Shown here in pieces: positions 29,985-40,585 of a DNA stretch of 64,000 nucleotides (position 1 is the stretch's first letter; each line of letters opens with the position of its first letter). The translations under genes and the position numbers were made by a program. The stretch spans positions 1,056,001-1,120,000 of the forward strand of contig CBDFJF010000001.1 of assembly GCA_965248265.1 (NCBI GenBank), given 5' to 3'. A model generated the notes under the pieces. That model saw only the letters and a list, made by a program, of their open reading frames with translations. It had not been told where the DNA came from and ran no database searches. The DNA is from Candidatus Latescibacterota bacterium. GTDB taxonomy: Bacteria; Latescibacterota; UBA2968; UBA8231.

Positions 29985-31514
29985 ATGCCAACCCTCAACA
30001 CCTACAGCTATGCCATAAACGACAAAGCCATCGCCGCAGGTTATCAGACCCTGCGCGGTTCACGCGCGATAATCCCAGGCGAACCGGTCGAAGTAGGCTC
30101 CCGACGACAACTCCTGATGGACCGGCATGTCGTCGACGACGTCAACGGCGCATTCCGCACCGTCCACCAGCCGGTCAAGCACTCGGCCAACCCTGTAATC
30201 ACGGGCGACCCTGAAGGCGACATCGAGGGACCACACAGCTTCGGCAGCGTTCTCAGAGAGGCGGACACCGGCAAGTTCAGATTGTGGGCGGGCACGACGG
30301 ACGCGACCATCCTGGAGCGGGAAGGCAAAAAGGCGCTCGGCTCACAGCCCTGCCTCTACTACGAATCCGACGACGGTATCGAATGGCGCCGGCCCGAGTT
30401 GGGATTGTTTGAACATTGGGGCGGCAAGGACAACAACGTGTTCTGGGACCATTTGATGGAATGCGTGGTCCCCTTGCCCGAGCGCATGAGCGACAAGGGC
30501 CGCTACGCCCTCATGTACCAACCCATCCTGGACCGCGAACAGCTACCCCCGGACGCCAATCCCATGAGGAAGCACTTCGCTTTCTCCGAGGACGGCATTC
30601 ACTTCACCGACATCGCCGAGAATCCGGTGTTGCAGGGACGCTCGGATACCAACAACTGCATCGTCTACAACCCGGATCGCGGTGTCTTCATGCAGTATCG
30701 CAGATCCACCGTCAACGCCGGAGAGATCCGCCGCATCGCCTACACCGAAAGCGAAGATCTCATCTCCTGGACGCAGCCGGTCACCATCATCGCCCGGGAT
30801 GAAATAGATCCCCTGTTCCTCTACGGGATGCCGGTATCGCGCTACAATGATATGTACCTCGGCTACCTCTTCTGTTTGTGGAGCACGGCCAGGGAGGACG
30901 AGTTCGTCGGCAACGGCAAGGACTTCAAGATGGATACGCAGCTGGCCTGGAGCCGGGACGGAATCAATTGGGAACGCCATCCACAGCGTCCCACCTTCAT
31001 CCCGAATTCCCCTGCGCGGTCCGGCGCCCTCGACTGGGGAATGGCCCAGGGCATGGCCAGCGCGATCGAGATGGGCAACGAAGTATACGTCTACTACGGT
31101 GGCCGTCCCTACCTCCACAATCCCGGCGTCGCCAGGGACAAGCACGACACTCCGCGCAGCATCATGCTCGCGACCCTCAAGCGCGACCGCTTCGTCTCCA
31201 TCGATGCCACCGGCGACGGCGGCTACATGCTTACCAGACCACTCGCTTACCCCGGCGGCCGGCTCCACGTCAATGCTCGCACGACCGGCCCGGATGGCTT
31301 CATCCGCGTGGCAGCGCGTGAGGCAGACGGGGTACGGGATGGCGAGTGGGTCGCAAACTTCCGCTTCGAGAAATCACGCCCGTTCTCCGGCGACAGCCTC
31401 GATGCCGTCTTGTCCTGGGAAGGCAACGACACCTTGAGTTCCTTCCCGTCGACGGTGTTGCGCCTGCACTTCTGGATGGAGAGTGCCGAGTTGTACTCGT
31501 TCTGGTTCAAGTGA
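29985..31514 (+). CDS. Five-bladed beta-propeller glycoside hydrolase-like protein (GH32/43/130-like fold)
   Basis: NPVI, ESDDGIEWRRPELG, SEDGIHF, SEDLISW, WSRDGINW, LKRDRFVS and C-terminal LYSFWF. Confidence 0.7.
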   Translation: MPTLNTYSYAINDKAIAAGYQTLRGSRAIIPGEPVEVGSRRQLLMDRHVVDDVNGAFRTVHQPVKHSANPVITGDPEGDIEGPHSFGSVLREADTGKFRLWAGTTDATILEREGKKALGSQPCLYYESDDGIEWRRPELGLFEHWGGKDNNVFWDHLMECVVPLPERMSDKGRYALMYQPILDREQLPPDANPMRKHFAFSEDGIHFTDIAENPVLQGRSDTNNCIVYNPDRGVFMQYRRSTVNAGEIRRIAYTESEDLISWTQPVTIIARDEIDPLFLYGMPVSRYNDMYLGYLFCLWSTAREDEFVGNGKDFKMDTQLAWSRDGINWERHPQRPTFIPNSPARSGALDWGMAQGMASAIEMGNEVYVYYGGRPYLHNPGVARDKHDTPRSIMLATLKRDRFVSIDATGDGGYMLTRPLAYPGGRLHVNARTTGPDGFIRVAAREADGVRDGEWVANFRFEKSRPFSGDSLDAVLSWEGNDTLSSFPSTVLRLHFWMESAELYSFWFK

Positions 31515-31626
31515 TCCAATGAGTAGGCGCTAAGACCGACTCGTTACACCGTTGACACTGTCCAAACCGCGCCCTTGGGTGGCAGGCCAGGGTACTGACT
31601 GACCGAGCCATCACCAGGGGCGCAAA

Positions 31627-33474
31627 TTGGCTGCAGCAACACAAGCAAATGGCAGCTGGGTGCAGCGCCTGCGAAGCGCGTTGCAGCTTCTCGTGTTCGC
31701 ATACCGCGTCTTCATTGCTCCCTGGCCCGTGTTTCCCCTCTTCGTGGTGATGGTTGCCGCCGGGGCGACGGCGACCCCGATCGCGCTGGTGTGGGCGACG
31801 ACCGGCCTCGTCGACAGCGCTACTATGGTACTCGCTGACGGCCAGGTGGATGGGGCGTTGCTCGCTATTCTGACACCCTACCTTCCCGCGATTGGCCTGA
31901 TAGCGCTGCTGCGTTATCTCCAGCACATGGCTCAGAACGATGCCCTCATCCGTTTGATGGCGCTGAAGCTGAGTCTGCGCAGCCTGGATCATCTCGAAAC
32001 GCAGTTCTTCTTCAAGGCCATGCACATCCGCCTGGAGTGGTTCGAGTACCCCGAGTACCACGACACCCTGGAGCGCGCCGCCGAACCGCTCACCGACGAC
32101 ACCTGGCAAAGCTGGCACATCCTGCAGATCGTCAACATCGTCTCCAGCTTTTTCGCCACGGTCGGCGTCATGATCGCCCTCTCCGGTATCCACTGGAGTG
32201 TTCCCATCATTCTCCTTGCAGGTGGGGTCGCCCTGCTTTACTCCCATGTTGCGCAAGAGCATCGCTTCATCGACGTCGAGCACAAACAAGCCTCGGCCCG
32301 GCGGCGCAAGACCTATTGGGCCCAGCTCCTGACGGAGCGCCTGCCTGCTGTTGAGGTCAGGCTGTTCGGACTGGCCGATCACATTCTGACATCCTGGTGG
32401 AATACGGCAGACCGGATGCTCCGGGAAAGGACGCGAGCCAGACTGCGCAACCTGAGAGTGGGAGCGCCCGGCATCATCGTCAGCATCGCCCTGTTCGGAG
32501 GCGTTGTGGTATCGCTGGTGGTCGCCGCATCCAATGGTGCCGTCACCACCGGTGCCATCGTCGCTTACCTCTACATCGCCCAGAGTTACTCCCTGCAAAT
32601 CAGCCAGCTTTCGTGGAGGGCGCGTGGGGTGCTCTCGTTCTTCGCCCACCTGCATTACGTCCGTCAGTTTCTCGCGCTGAAATCGCTGGAGCCGACCACT
32701 GGTATAACGGCGCCAGCGCTACTCAATGGAATCGATTTCGAGCGGGTCAGTTTCGCCTACCCAGGAAGCGACCGGGCTGCCATTGATGCAATCGACCTGC
32801 ACATCAGACCCGGTGAGAGTGTCGCCTTGGTCGGAGAGAACGGTGCCGGAAAAACAACCCTGGCGAAGCTGCTACTCGGACTCTATCAACCCACATCCGG
32901 TGCCATCACCGTCGACGGAACCAACCTTTGCAGTCTCGATCCCGCCTCATGGCGCCAGTCCGTCGGCGCGGTGTTCCAGGACTTCGTACGGTATTCCGTC
33001 ACGGCCCGGGACAATATCGGCTTCGGATGGGTGGAACGGTTGGACGACCTCGAGACTGTGAGCCATGCGGCGACAATGAGCGGTGCTGCTGTATTCGTTG
33101 AGTCGCTTCCCGATGGGTACGACACCTTGCTCGGCAAGGAATTCGAAGGAGGTGTGGACCTGTCTCGTGGCCAATGGCAGGCACTCGCAATTGCCAGACT
33201 GTACCTGAGTGAGGCGCGGATTCTCGTGCTCGACGAACCCACGTCGGCACTGGACGCACTAGCCGAATTAGAGGTCTACCGGGAGTTCCTCAGCCTCTCC
33301 GAAAACAAGACGGTCGTACTCATCTCCCATCGCCTGGGATCGGCCCGCCTCGCTGACCGTATCGTATTCCTGGAGGAGGGCCGGGTAGTCGAAGAGGGCA
33401 CGCATGATGAGTTGATGGCGGCGACGGGACCCTACGCCCACCTGTTCGACATGCAGAGAGAGTGGTACCAGTGA
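31627..33474 (+). CDS. ABC exporter half-transporter (TMD+NBD)
   Basis: Transmembrane N-half; GENGAGKT, LSRGQWQ, LDEPT, SHRL. Confidence 0.9.
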   Translation: MAAATQANGSWVQRLRSALQLLVFAYRVFIAPWPVFPLFVVMVAAGATATPIALVWATTGLVDSATMVLADGQVDGALLAILTPYLPAIGLIALLRYLQHMAQNDALIRLMALKLSLRSLDHLETQFFFKAMHIRLEWFEYPEYHDTLERAAEPLTDDTWQSWHILQIVNIVSSFFATVGVMIALSGIHWSVPIILLAGGVALLYSHVAQEHRFIDVEHKQASARRRKTYWAQLLTERLPAVEVRLFGLADHILTSWWNTADRMLRERTRARLRNLRVGAPGIIVSIALFGGVVVSLVVAASNGAVTTGAIVAYLYIAQSYSLQISQLSWRARGVLSFFAHLHYVRQFLALKSLEPTTGITAPALLNGIDFERVSFAYPGSDRAAIDAIDLHIRPGESVALVGENGAGKTTLAKLLLGLYQPTSGAITVDGTNLCSLDPASWRQSVGAVFQDFVRYSVTARDNIGFGWVERLDDLETVSHAATMSGAAVFVESLPDGYDTLLGKEFEGGVDLSRGQWQALAIARLYLSEARILVLDEPTSALDALAELEVYREFLSLSENKTVVLISHRLGSARLADRIVFLEEGRVVEEGTHDELMAATGPYAHLFDMQREWYQ

Positions 33475-35288
33475 GTGCAGACGCATCCACCCGGGATTCC
33501 GTAATCGGCCGTTGGCGGTACCTGCCGGGACTGCTCCGTCTATTGTGGCGATTGGGACCCGGAGAGGTTTCACTGATCGCGGTTGTTGCAGCCATCTCGG
33601 GTCTGGTACCTGTGGTTGCCCTCGCCGTGTTGCAGCGGCTGGTGGATTCCTTCGTGGACCTCATCGAGCGGGGGGCGGACACCAACAGGGCCCTGGTCTG
33701 GGTGGGTGTGTTTCTGGGAATCACCTTGTTGGAGCGGGTGGCTGAGGAACTCAACGACTGGTTGAGGGGGGACGTGGTGGCGCGCCTCATGACCAAGGTG
33801 GAAGGCGAACTCCTGGCGGTGGCTGGCAATCTGTCGCTGGCAAGATTCGAAAGTCCAGACTCCTATGACCGGCTGCACCGCGCGCAACGCGGACTCAATG
33901 AGCGCTTATACGGTAGCATGGACAGCCTCTTCGTACTGCCAACCGCCTTGGTTGCGGCGATCGGCGCTCTGGTCTACCTGGCCACGGCCCACCCGATCCT
34001 GCCTTTGGTACTCATCATCGGCATGGTTCCGGCGAACATCTATACGGGCAGAATATTCAAGAAGGTTTGGCTGCTCAGCAGCGCGCAAACCGGCGTTGAA
34101 CGGCGGGCCGAGTACCTTACCGATCTGATGACCCAAAGGGAGCCGGCTGCTGAGGTCCGGCTCTTTCGCCTCGGTGCTCACCTGATTGAATCCCGTAGAG
34201 CGTTGGTGAACAGACTCCGTCGCGAGCGCTTTGACCTGGCTGCAGAGCATCTGCGCAGAGTGACCTTTCACGCGTTGGCGGACCAGGTCGCCTTTGGAGC
34301 CGTCATCTCGGGAGTGCTGGCGATGATTCTGCGCGGGGCGCTGTCCGTCGGCCATTTTGCCTCACATTGGGCAGCCGCCCAGCGCTTCAAGCAGTACATG
34401 ATGTTGTCGATGAACAATGTCATGAGTGCGGATACCAATTTCATCTACATAGCCGACTTGATCGACTACCTCGAATCAGTGGAGTCTGAAGCAGCGCCCG
34501 AATCACTCGTCAGCGCTCGACGAAACAACGGCGGACACGAGATCGAGTTCCAGGGTGTGACCTTCGCCTACCCCGGCTCCGACGAGCTGGTTCTCGAGTC
34601 GCTTGACCTGACCATAAGATCAGGAGAGCGAATCGCGTTGGTGGGCAGAAACGGAGCGGGCAAGAGCACCCTCGCCAAGCTGCTGCTCGGGTTGTACCCG
34701 CCCACAACGGGGAGGATACTCGTCAACGGCACCGATCTAGCCGGGATCGATCCAGTGGAATGGCGGGAGGAGGCTTCCGCCGTCTTCCAGGACTACATGC
34801 GATTCGAGATCACGGCGCGGGACAACATCGTTTTCGGAGACCTGGCGAGGCGGGACGATCGGGGCGCGATGGAACTGGCTGCCGCGAAGAGCGGTGCAGC
34901 GGAGGTAATCTCCACCCTTCCGGGAGGCTTTGACACCATGCTCGGCAGGGCCTTCGACGAGACCGGTCAGGACATCTCCAGCGGTCAGTGGCAACGGCTC
35001 GCCAGCGCACGGGCCTATTTCCGCGACGCCTCCGTCCTCGTCCTCGACGAACCCACTGCCGCTCTGGACGCCAGGGCAGAGGTGGATGTCTACCGCCACT
35101 TCCGCGAACTCTCCCAGGGAAAGACTGTCCTGTTCATCTCCCACCGGCTTGGATCCGCACGGTTGGCCGACCGCATACTCTTCCTCGAAGAGGGTCGGAT
35201 TGTCGAGGATGGGACGCATCAAGAGCTGCTCGCTATTGGGGGCAGGTACTCCCACATCTACTCGGTGCAGGCGGAGTGGTACCGCTGA
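33471..35288 (+). CDS. ABC exporter half-transporter (TMD+NBD), partner of upstream gene
   Basis: GTGA overlap; GRNGAGKS, ISSGQWQ, LDEPT, SHRL; both partners end Q..WY. Confidence 0.9.
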   Translation: MSADASTRDSVIGRWRYLPGLLRLLWRLGPGEVSLIAVVAAISGLVPVVALAVLQRLVDSFVDLIERGADTNRALVWVGVFLGITLLERVAEELNDWLRGDVVARLMTKVEGELLAVAGNLSLARFESPDSYDRLHRAQRGLNERLYGSMDSLFVLPTALVAAIGALVYLATAHPILPLVLIIGMVPANIYTGRIFKKVWLLSSAQTGVERRAEYLTDLMTQREPAAEVRLFRLGAHLIESRRALVNRLRRERFDLAAEHLRRVTFHALADQVAFGAVISGVLAMILRGALSVGHFASHWAAAQRFKQYMMLSMNNVMSADTNFIYIADLIDYLESVESEAAPESLVSARRNNGGHEIEFQGVTFAYPGSDELVLESLDLTIRSGERIALVGRNGAGKSTLAKLLLGLYPPTTGRILVNGTDLAGIDPVEWREEASAVFQDYMRFEITARDNIVFGDLARRDDRGAMELAAAKSGAAEVISTLPGGFDTMLGRAFDETGQDISSGQWQRLASARAYFRDASVLVLDEPTAALDARAEVDVYRHFRELSQGKTVLFISHRLGSARLADRILFLEEGRIVEDGTHQELLAIGGRYSHIYSVQAEWYR

Positions 35289-35291
35289 TGT

Positions 35292-36062
35292 TCATTCGCC
35301 CAGGTATTCAACACGGATGCTGTCCACTACTCCATCCGCCCTCAATTCGTCCAGCGCTTTGGTCAGTGGGTCCAGCACATTCGCGTCCGTAGAGAGATGA
35401 AACGCGTAGCCCATGTGGGACTCCTGTAAAATGAAGACACTCTCGTACTGTCCCGGATCAATGCCAGCACGCACGAAGCGATGCCTGGCAACGTCCTCAG
35501 CGTAAGCGATGGCCGTTACCTTACCTGTGCTCAACATCTTGATCATGTTCCCGGGGAAATGATTCCTGCGAATCGCTTCTTTCTTGACTCCCTCGGTACG
35601 AATCAATTGATCACCGATGTCATCACGCACAACGGCGACGGTCAACAGGTGAAGATCTTCCGCACTGTTGATGACGAACCCCCTGCTCGTATCTGCGATA
35701 ACGGCGACGCGTGTGGGAATTATCGGTCCGACAAACTTGAACTGCTTGAGTCGCTCAGTCGTATAAGTAGTTGAGAACAGTGCTGTTCCTGGCTTTTCCA
35801 GCACCTGCTTGTAGCCCAATGCCCATGGTAGGACCTTGATGTCCCCACGCTTCAGTCGGACACCGACCTTCTTGAACATGAGCATCAGGATGTCTACGGT
35901 GATCCCCTTCAACTCGCCATCCTTCTCGTCCACATAGTTGTAGGGAGGGTACTGCTCGGTCATCCATTGGGTAGCCTCGATCTTCCGCGCGATTTCCTCG
36001 GGCGAGAGCGCCATTGACTGGCTCGTCAGCACGAGTACCAGCAGTGCAATTGTCTTTGTCAC
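35292..36062 (-). CDS. Family-3 (amino-acid type) periplasmic solute-binding protein
   Basis: Signal peptide from GTG 36062; TEQYPPYNY, GITVDIL, LPWA, F.FVGP, ALDELRADG. Confidence 0.88.
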   Translation of the reverse strand: MTKTIALLVLVLTSQSMALSPEEIARKIEATQWMTEQYPPYNYVDEKDGELKGITVDILMLMFKKVGVRLKRGDIKVLPWALGYKQVLEKPGTALFSTTYTTERLKQFKFVGPIIPTRVAVIADTSRGFVINSAEDLHLLTVAVVRDDIGDQLIRTEGVKKEAIRRNHFPGNMIKMLSTGKVTAIAYAEDVARHRFVRAGIDPGQYESVFILQESHMGYAFHLSTDANVLDPLTKALDELRADGVVDSIRVEYLGE

Positions 36063-36305
36063 CGTGAGCCACCCTTCAGCGTGATGAGGAGGCACTGCAG
36101 CCGGATCCCCTGGCTGGGTCGCGTTCGCACTCCCCTTAAGTAGAACCATACTCTCTCGGTGGTCGCGGCACCAGAACCGTGATTGCCTCCGTGAGCTTGT
36201 CGAGTAACTGCCCACCCGACACCATTGTCCTGGAAGGTGCCCCCAGACTACCTTTAGGCCCGATGGGAGATACCATACATATTCGCTCCCGAAGGAGTAC
36301 AAGCA

Positions 36306-37388
36306 ATGTCTGACCGCGGCACCCCAACAGCGGACATATTGATCGTCGATGACACGTTAGCCAACTTGCGTCTGATGACAAGCATGTTGAGCGAGTCCGG
36401 CTACAAAGTTCGTGGGGTGCCAGATGGTGCGATGGCGCTCACTGCGGTTGCCAGCTCGCCTCCTGATCTGATTCTCCTCGACATCAATATGCCACAGATG
36501 AATGGATTCGAAGTCTGCCAGCGCCTGAAAGCCGATGAATCAACCGCCAATATCCCGGTCATTTTCATAAGTGCACTCGACGATACCAAGGATAAGGTAA
36601 ATGCGTTTACCGAGGGCGGCGTCGATTACATAACAAAACCCGTACAGGTGGAAGAGGTTCTGGCTCGCATTGAGACTCACCTGAATTTGAGAAGACTCCA
36701 GCATCAACTTCATCAGACGAATGAAGAACTAGAAAGCAGGGTCGAAGCACGCACAGCGGAACTGAAAACAACGTTAAAAGAGCGCGAGGTGCTGCTGCAG
36801 GAGGTTTACCACCGTGTCAAGAACAACATGCAGATCGTCTCCAGTCTTCTGGACCGCGAGTTAGATCAAATTGAAGACCCAGTCGCCCAGAATGTCCTGC
36901 AACAGACGCAGAGCCGCATTTACTCGATGGCGCTGGTGCATCAAGAGCTGTATCAATCCGGTGATCTGGCCGAGATCAATCTCGAGTCATACCTGTCGAG
37001 CCTCTCCTCCACCCTCTTCCAGTCCTATGGGGTTGATGAAGGCAGAATCGCCCTGGTCATTGACGTGGAGGATGTGACCTTCGACGTAGAGACGGCCATC
37101 CCACTTGGGTTAATCGTCAACGAGCTTGTTTCTAACGCGATCAAACATGCATTCCCCGATGACCGTCAGGGCCAGATTTCTATCGACTTCCATCGGACTG
37201 AACAGCATCAAGCCTTGTTGACGGTTAGCGACAACGGTTCCGGATTCGATGGAGCATTTGACGGGTTGCAATCGAAATCACTCGGACAACAATTGGTAAG
37301 CGATCTGACTCACCAGCTGGACGGAACCTTGGAAATTCGCAGCGACGAGGGTACCCAGTTCACGATCCGACTACCTTTAAGCGAGTAA
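36306..37388 (+). CDS. REC-HisKA_2-HATPase response regulator/kinase
   Basis: ILIVDD, LLDINMP, YITKP; EVYHRVKNNMQ (HisKA_2 H-box), NELVSNAIKHAF. Confidence 0.92.
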   Translation: MSDRGTPTADILIVDDTLANLRLMTSMLSESGYKVRGVPDGAMALTAVASSPPDLILLDINMPQMNGFEVCQRLKADESTANIPVIFISALDDTKDKVNAFTEGGVDYITKPVQVEEVLARIETHLNLRRLQHQLHQTNEELESRVEARTAELKTTLKEREVLLQEVYHRVKNNMQIVSSLLDRELDQIEDPVAQNVLQQTQSRIYSMALVHQELYQSGDLAEINLESYLSSLSSTLFQSYGVDEGRIALVIDVEDVTFDVETAIPLGLIVNELVSNAIKHAFPDDRQGQISIDFHRTEQHQALLTVSDNGSGFDGAFDGLQSKSLGQQLVSDLTHQLDGTLEIRSDEGTQFTIRLPLSE

Positions 37389-37405
37389 GCGAAGGAGTAC
37401 CCCGC

Positions 37406-38356
37406 ATGGAAAAGACCCGGATACTGGTCGTTGAAGATGAGATTCTGGTGGCACGAGACCTTCAATCCAAGTTGCAGCGCACCGGCTACGACGTCCCCGA
37501 AATCGTCGACACCGGGGCCGGGGCCATCGACATGGCATCGGCACTGCAGCCCGGCCTGGTGTTGATGGATATCAGGATTAAAGGGAACATCGATGGGGTT
37601 GAAGCGGCCGAGCGCATCCGCGAAACACACAGAATTCCGGTGGTGTACCTGACTGCCTATGCCGATGACGCCACGGTCGCGAGAGCCAAGCTCACGACCC
37701 CATTCGGATATATTCTGAAGCCGTTCCAGCTCAAGGAGCTGAAAACGACCATCGAAATCGCGCTCTACCGCCATGAGATGGAAAGCGCCCTGCATGATGC
37801 CCACGCCAAGCTGGCGCGGCAGGTCGCCGAACTCGATGCGCGAGATCGACTCGTCCACTTCCAGATGTCCGGCCCAACCATGGCGCAGGCCTGGAGCCAG
37901 ATACTGGTGGTTTTCGACGAGGTTTTCCCCGCTCAGTTGTCCATGGTCTATTGGCCCGACGATAACAATGCCGTGCTTGAACCGGTTGCCGAATTCGAAA
38001 ATGACACTGAAACCGGCCCGGATGATGGAACGAAAGCAGCATTGTCTGTCGACGACGAAACACTGGTGGCCCAGGTTTTCCGGCAGGCTCAACCTCAAAG
38101 AGATGAAGCCGGAGACGAAGTGGCGGTGCCGATTGTATATCGTGACACGGTTATGGGAGTGATCTGGACTCGGAATGCGACCAAGGATGCCGTGATCGAT
38201 GATGACGTCGTTAACTCTCTGTGGCGCCTTGCCCAGCAAGCCGCGTTGCTACTCAGAATGGCCCGCGTTGGCGAGGATCTAAGCAGCGGCAACCTCGGCG
38301 TGAGTGAGCTCATCGCCCTCGCCTCTGGAGAGATCGATGGCCAAGAAGAGGAGTGA
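37406..38356 (+). CDS. Response regulator with C-terminal GAF-like domain
   Basis: ILVVEDE, LMDIRIKG, YILKPF; C-terminal AVPIVY..VMGVI...LAQQAA GAF-like pattern. Confidence 0.8.
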   Translation: MEKTRILVVEDEILVARDLQSKLQRTGYDVPEIVDTGAGAIDMASALQPGLVLMDIRIKGNIDGVEAAERIRETHRIPVVYLTAYADDATVARAKLTTPFGYILKPFQLKELKTTIEIALYRHEMESALHDAHAKLARQVAELDARDRLVHFQMSGPTMAQAWSQILVVFDEVFPAQLSMVYWPDDNNAVLEPVAEFENDTETGPDDGTKAALSVDDETLVAQVFRQAQPQRDEAGDEVAVPIVYRDTVMGVIWTRNATKDAVIDDDVVNSLWRLAQQAALLLRMARVGEDLSSGNLGVSELIALASGEIDGQEEE

Positions 38357-40583
38357 CTCCTCAAAGAAGCGGCATCTGGAGGAGACATCCAAGGCGCTGA
38401 TTGAGGAACTGAGCGACGAGGTCGGTAGCGTCGAGGAACCAGACGTTTCGTCGACGGATTCTCACCTCAGGGGATCCTTCGAGCGCACGGAGGCAGACCC
38501 CCAGGCTCGTTGGATCGCTGCCGGGTTGGGCTTGCCCGTCGAAGACCTTACGACCGACATTGCGGGCGAAGAAGCCGGCGATGACGCCGGACGCCTGTTC
38601 TATTTCCTGCCGCTGGGTGAAGCCAAGCTGGGCATCCGTTGGGACGCCCAGCGGGCCTATGTCATCTGGGAGAAGGATGTCAGGGATGAGTCAACACTCA
38701 CCTCTTTGTTGCGGGAATGTCCGATTGCATTCAACGAAACAGCCAACTTGGCGGGCGTCGGTCTGTCCACTGTGTCAGGCTCTACCCCGTGGATTTTGGT
38801 CTCCGAAGGTTCAGAACCGAAGGCCGCCAAATCCGAACCCATGGTGGTTACCAGTCTGAGTGATACAGATCCGGCTGACCTCGGGGTCTTGCGTGTAATG
38901 TCGACGCGACTGGCCCGGATTTTCGGTGAGGACAGTTTGGAACCGGACGCGCTCGATCATATTGAGGCGGTTGCGATCAGGCCGAATGAAACCGTCGCCC
39001 GCTCGGTGGTCACGCACGAAGGTAAAGCGGGATACGACATATTCGGCCGTGAAGTAGCGCCACCGCTGGACATGGGCGATGCACAGGTGCAGGTGGGGCC
39101 GAATCTCCTGGTGACAGCCGAAGGCGATTTCACGGCCATCGCCTACGGTTATCTCTGCTTATTGGGCGACCAGCTCTCCGTACTACCGCCTGTGTGGATC
39201 GACCCGGAGTGCATGCACGCGTACTGGCTCGTCCTCGACACCCGCGCCCACCCCCTGATCCCGGAGATGGTTCAACAGAACCTGGATGCTCTGGGAATCA
39301 ATTCCGGCGTACTCACGGACGCCATCGGCGAACTCGCCGAGGCGACATCCACGGGTCAACAGAAAAAAGCAGCGCACCTCGTTGCTCAAGGCCAGCCAAC
39401 CATTGAAGGTGAAGAGGCGCAATTCGAAACCCTCGTGGACGCGGAACGTCGCGTCGGCACCGAGAGAGAAGATGGATCCGTCGACTTCCATGAGATCAAC
39501 TACGCTCCGAACGCGGCACGCGGGCAGGCCGTGGCCTGTCGGACACCACTCGTCGAGGGCACCCACGGTTTCACCGTTAAAGGGACACATCTTCCCTGCC
39601 GCCGCATCGATGATTACCCCGTGCAGGCCGGCAAGAACGTCCGCGCTGAGACCAAAGATGAAGTCGAATACTTTTTTGCCGAAACCGACGGCTTGGTGCA
39701 ATTCAATGACGGTGTGCTGTCGATCGTCGAACTCCTCGTCATCGACGGCGACGTCGCGTTCTCGACCGGCAACCTGAGATTCATAGGCGAGGTTTTCATC
39801 GACGGGTCGGTCATTCAGGGATTCTCTGTGAAGGCAGGCGCGAACATTACAGTCACCGGAACGGTGGAGCCGGGAGCGACAGTGATGGCGAAAATGGACA
39901 TCACTATCGGCAAGGGCATCGTCGGTCGTAAGACGAAAATCCGTGCTGGTGGAAACCTGCGGGCACAGTTCGTCCAGGAAGCGGACGTTCGCGTCGTCGG
40001 CCACATCCAATTAGGCAACTACGCCTACCACGCCTCGCTCCGCGCCGGCGGCATGGTGTCGATCGCACAGGGCAAAGGGGGTAAGGGTGGCAGCATCATG
40101 GGCGGCGAGACCTGGGCCAGGACATTCATCGAAACCTACACGGCCGGGGCGCGAAACGGCACGGAGACGTCGCTGGTCGCAGGGTTGATCCCGGAGCAGG
40201 CAATGGAGCTGGACCGTCTGGATCGCAGCCTTGAGGCGACGGGCGCCCACATGGAACAGATTCTCGAACGGCTCGGACTTCCCTCCCTGGACGTAGGGCG
40301 TTTGCGTAGTCTGTTAAAGGCAGCCACGGGGCCCCAGAAAAACCTGTTGATCACGCGGACGAAGCAGCTCGGGGAGTTGGCCAAAGCACATCAAGAACTG
40401 ATGGCGAAGCGGGGGGAACTGCTGGCACAGCAGGGCCCGTCAGCGGAATTGGCGGAGATCCGTATCCGGGATAGAGCGCACACCGGCACTACCATACGGA
40501 TCGGGGATCAACAGAGAAAACTCATCTCGGAAGTAAGCGCACCGCGCTTTCACCTCAAGAACGACGAAATCGTAGAGCGATAA
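38337..40583 (+). CDS. FapA/DUF342 family protein with N-terminal extension
   Basis: GYDIFG, DGSVDFHE, GDVAFSTGNLRFIGEV.I.G.V..GF.VKAG beta-helix repeats, coiled coil, GTTIRIG. Confidence 0.8.
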   Translation: MAKKRSDSSKKRHLEETSKALIEELSDEVGSVEEPDVSSTDSHLRGSFERTEADPQARWIAAGLGLPVEDLTTDIAGEEAGDDAGRLFYFLPLGEAKLGIRWDAQRAYVIWEKDVRDESTLTSLLRECPIAFNETANLAGVGLSTVSGSTPWILVSEGSEPKAAKSEPMVVTSLSDTDPADLGVLRVMSTRLARIFGEDSLEPDALDHIEAVAIRPNETVARSVVTHEGKAGYDIFGREVAPPLDMGDAQVQVGPNLLVTAEGDFTAIAYGYLCLLGDQLSVLPPVWIDPECMHAYWLVLDTRAHPLIPEMVQQNLDALGINSGVLTDAIGELAEATSTGQQKKAAHLVAQGQPTIEGEEAQFETLVDAERRVGTEREDGSVDFHEINYAPNAARGQAVACRTPLVEGTHGFTVKGTHLPCRRIDDYPVQAGKNVRAETKDEVEYFFAETDGLVQFNDGVLSIVELLVIDGDVAFSTGNLRFIGEVFIDGSVIQGFSVKAGANITVTGTVEPGATVMAKMDITIGKGIVGRKTKIRAGGNLRAQFVQEADVRVVGHIQLGNYAYHASLRAGGMVSIAQGKGGKGGSIMGGETWARTFIETYTAGARNGTETSLVAGLIPEQAMELDRLDRSLEATGAHMEQILERLGLPSLDVGRLRSLLKAATGPQKNLLITRTKQLGELAKAHQELMAKRGELLAQQGPSAELAEIRIRDRAHTGTTIRIGDQQRKLISEVSAPRFHLKNDEIVER

Positions 40584-40585
40584 CC

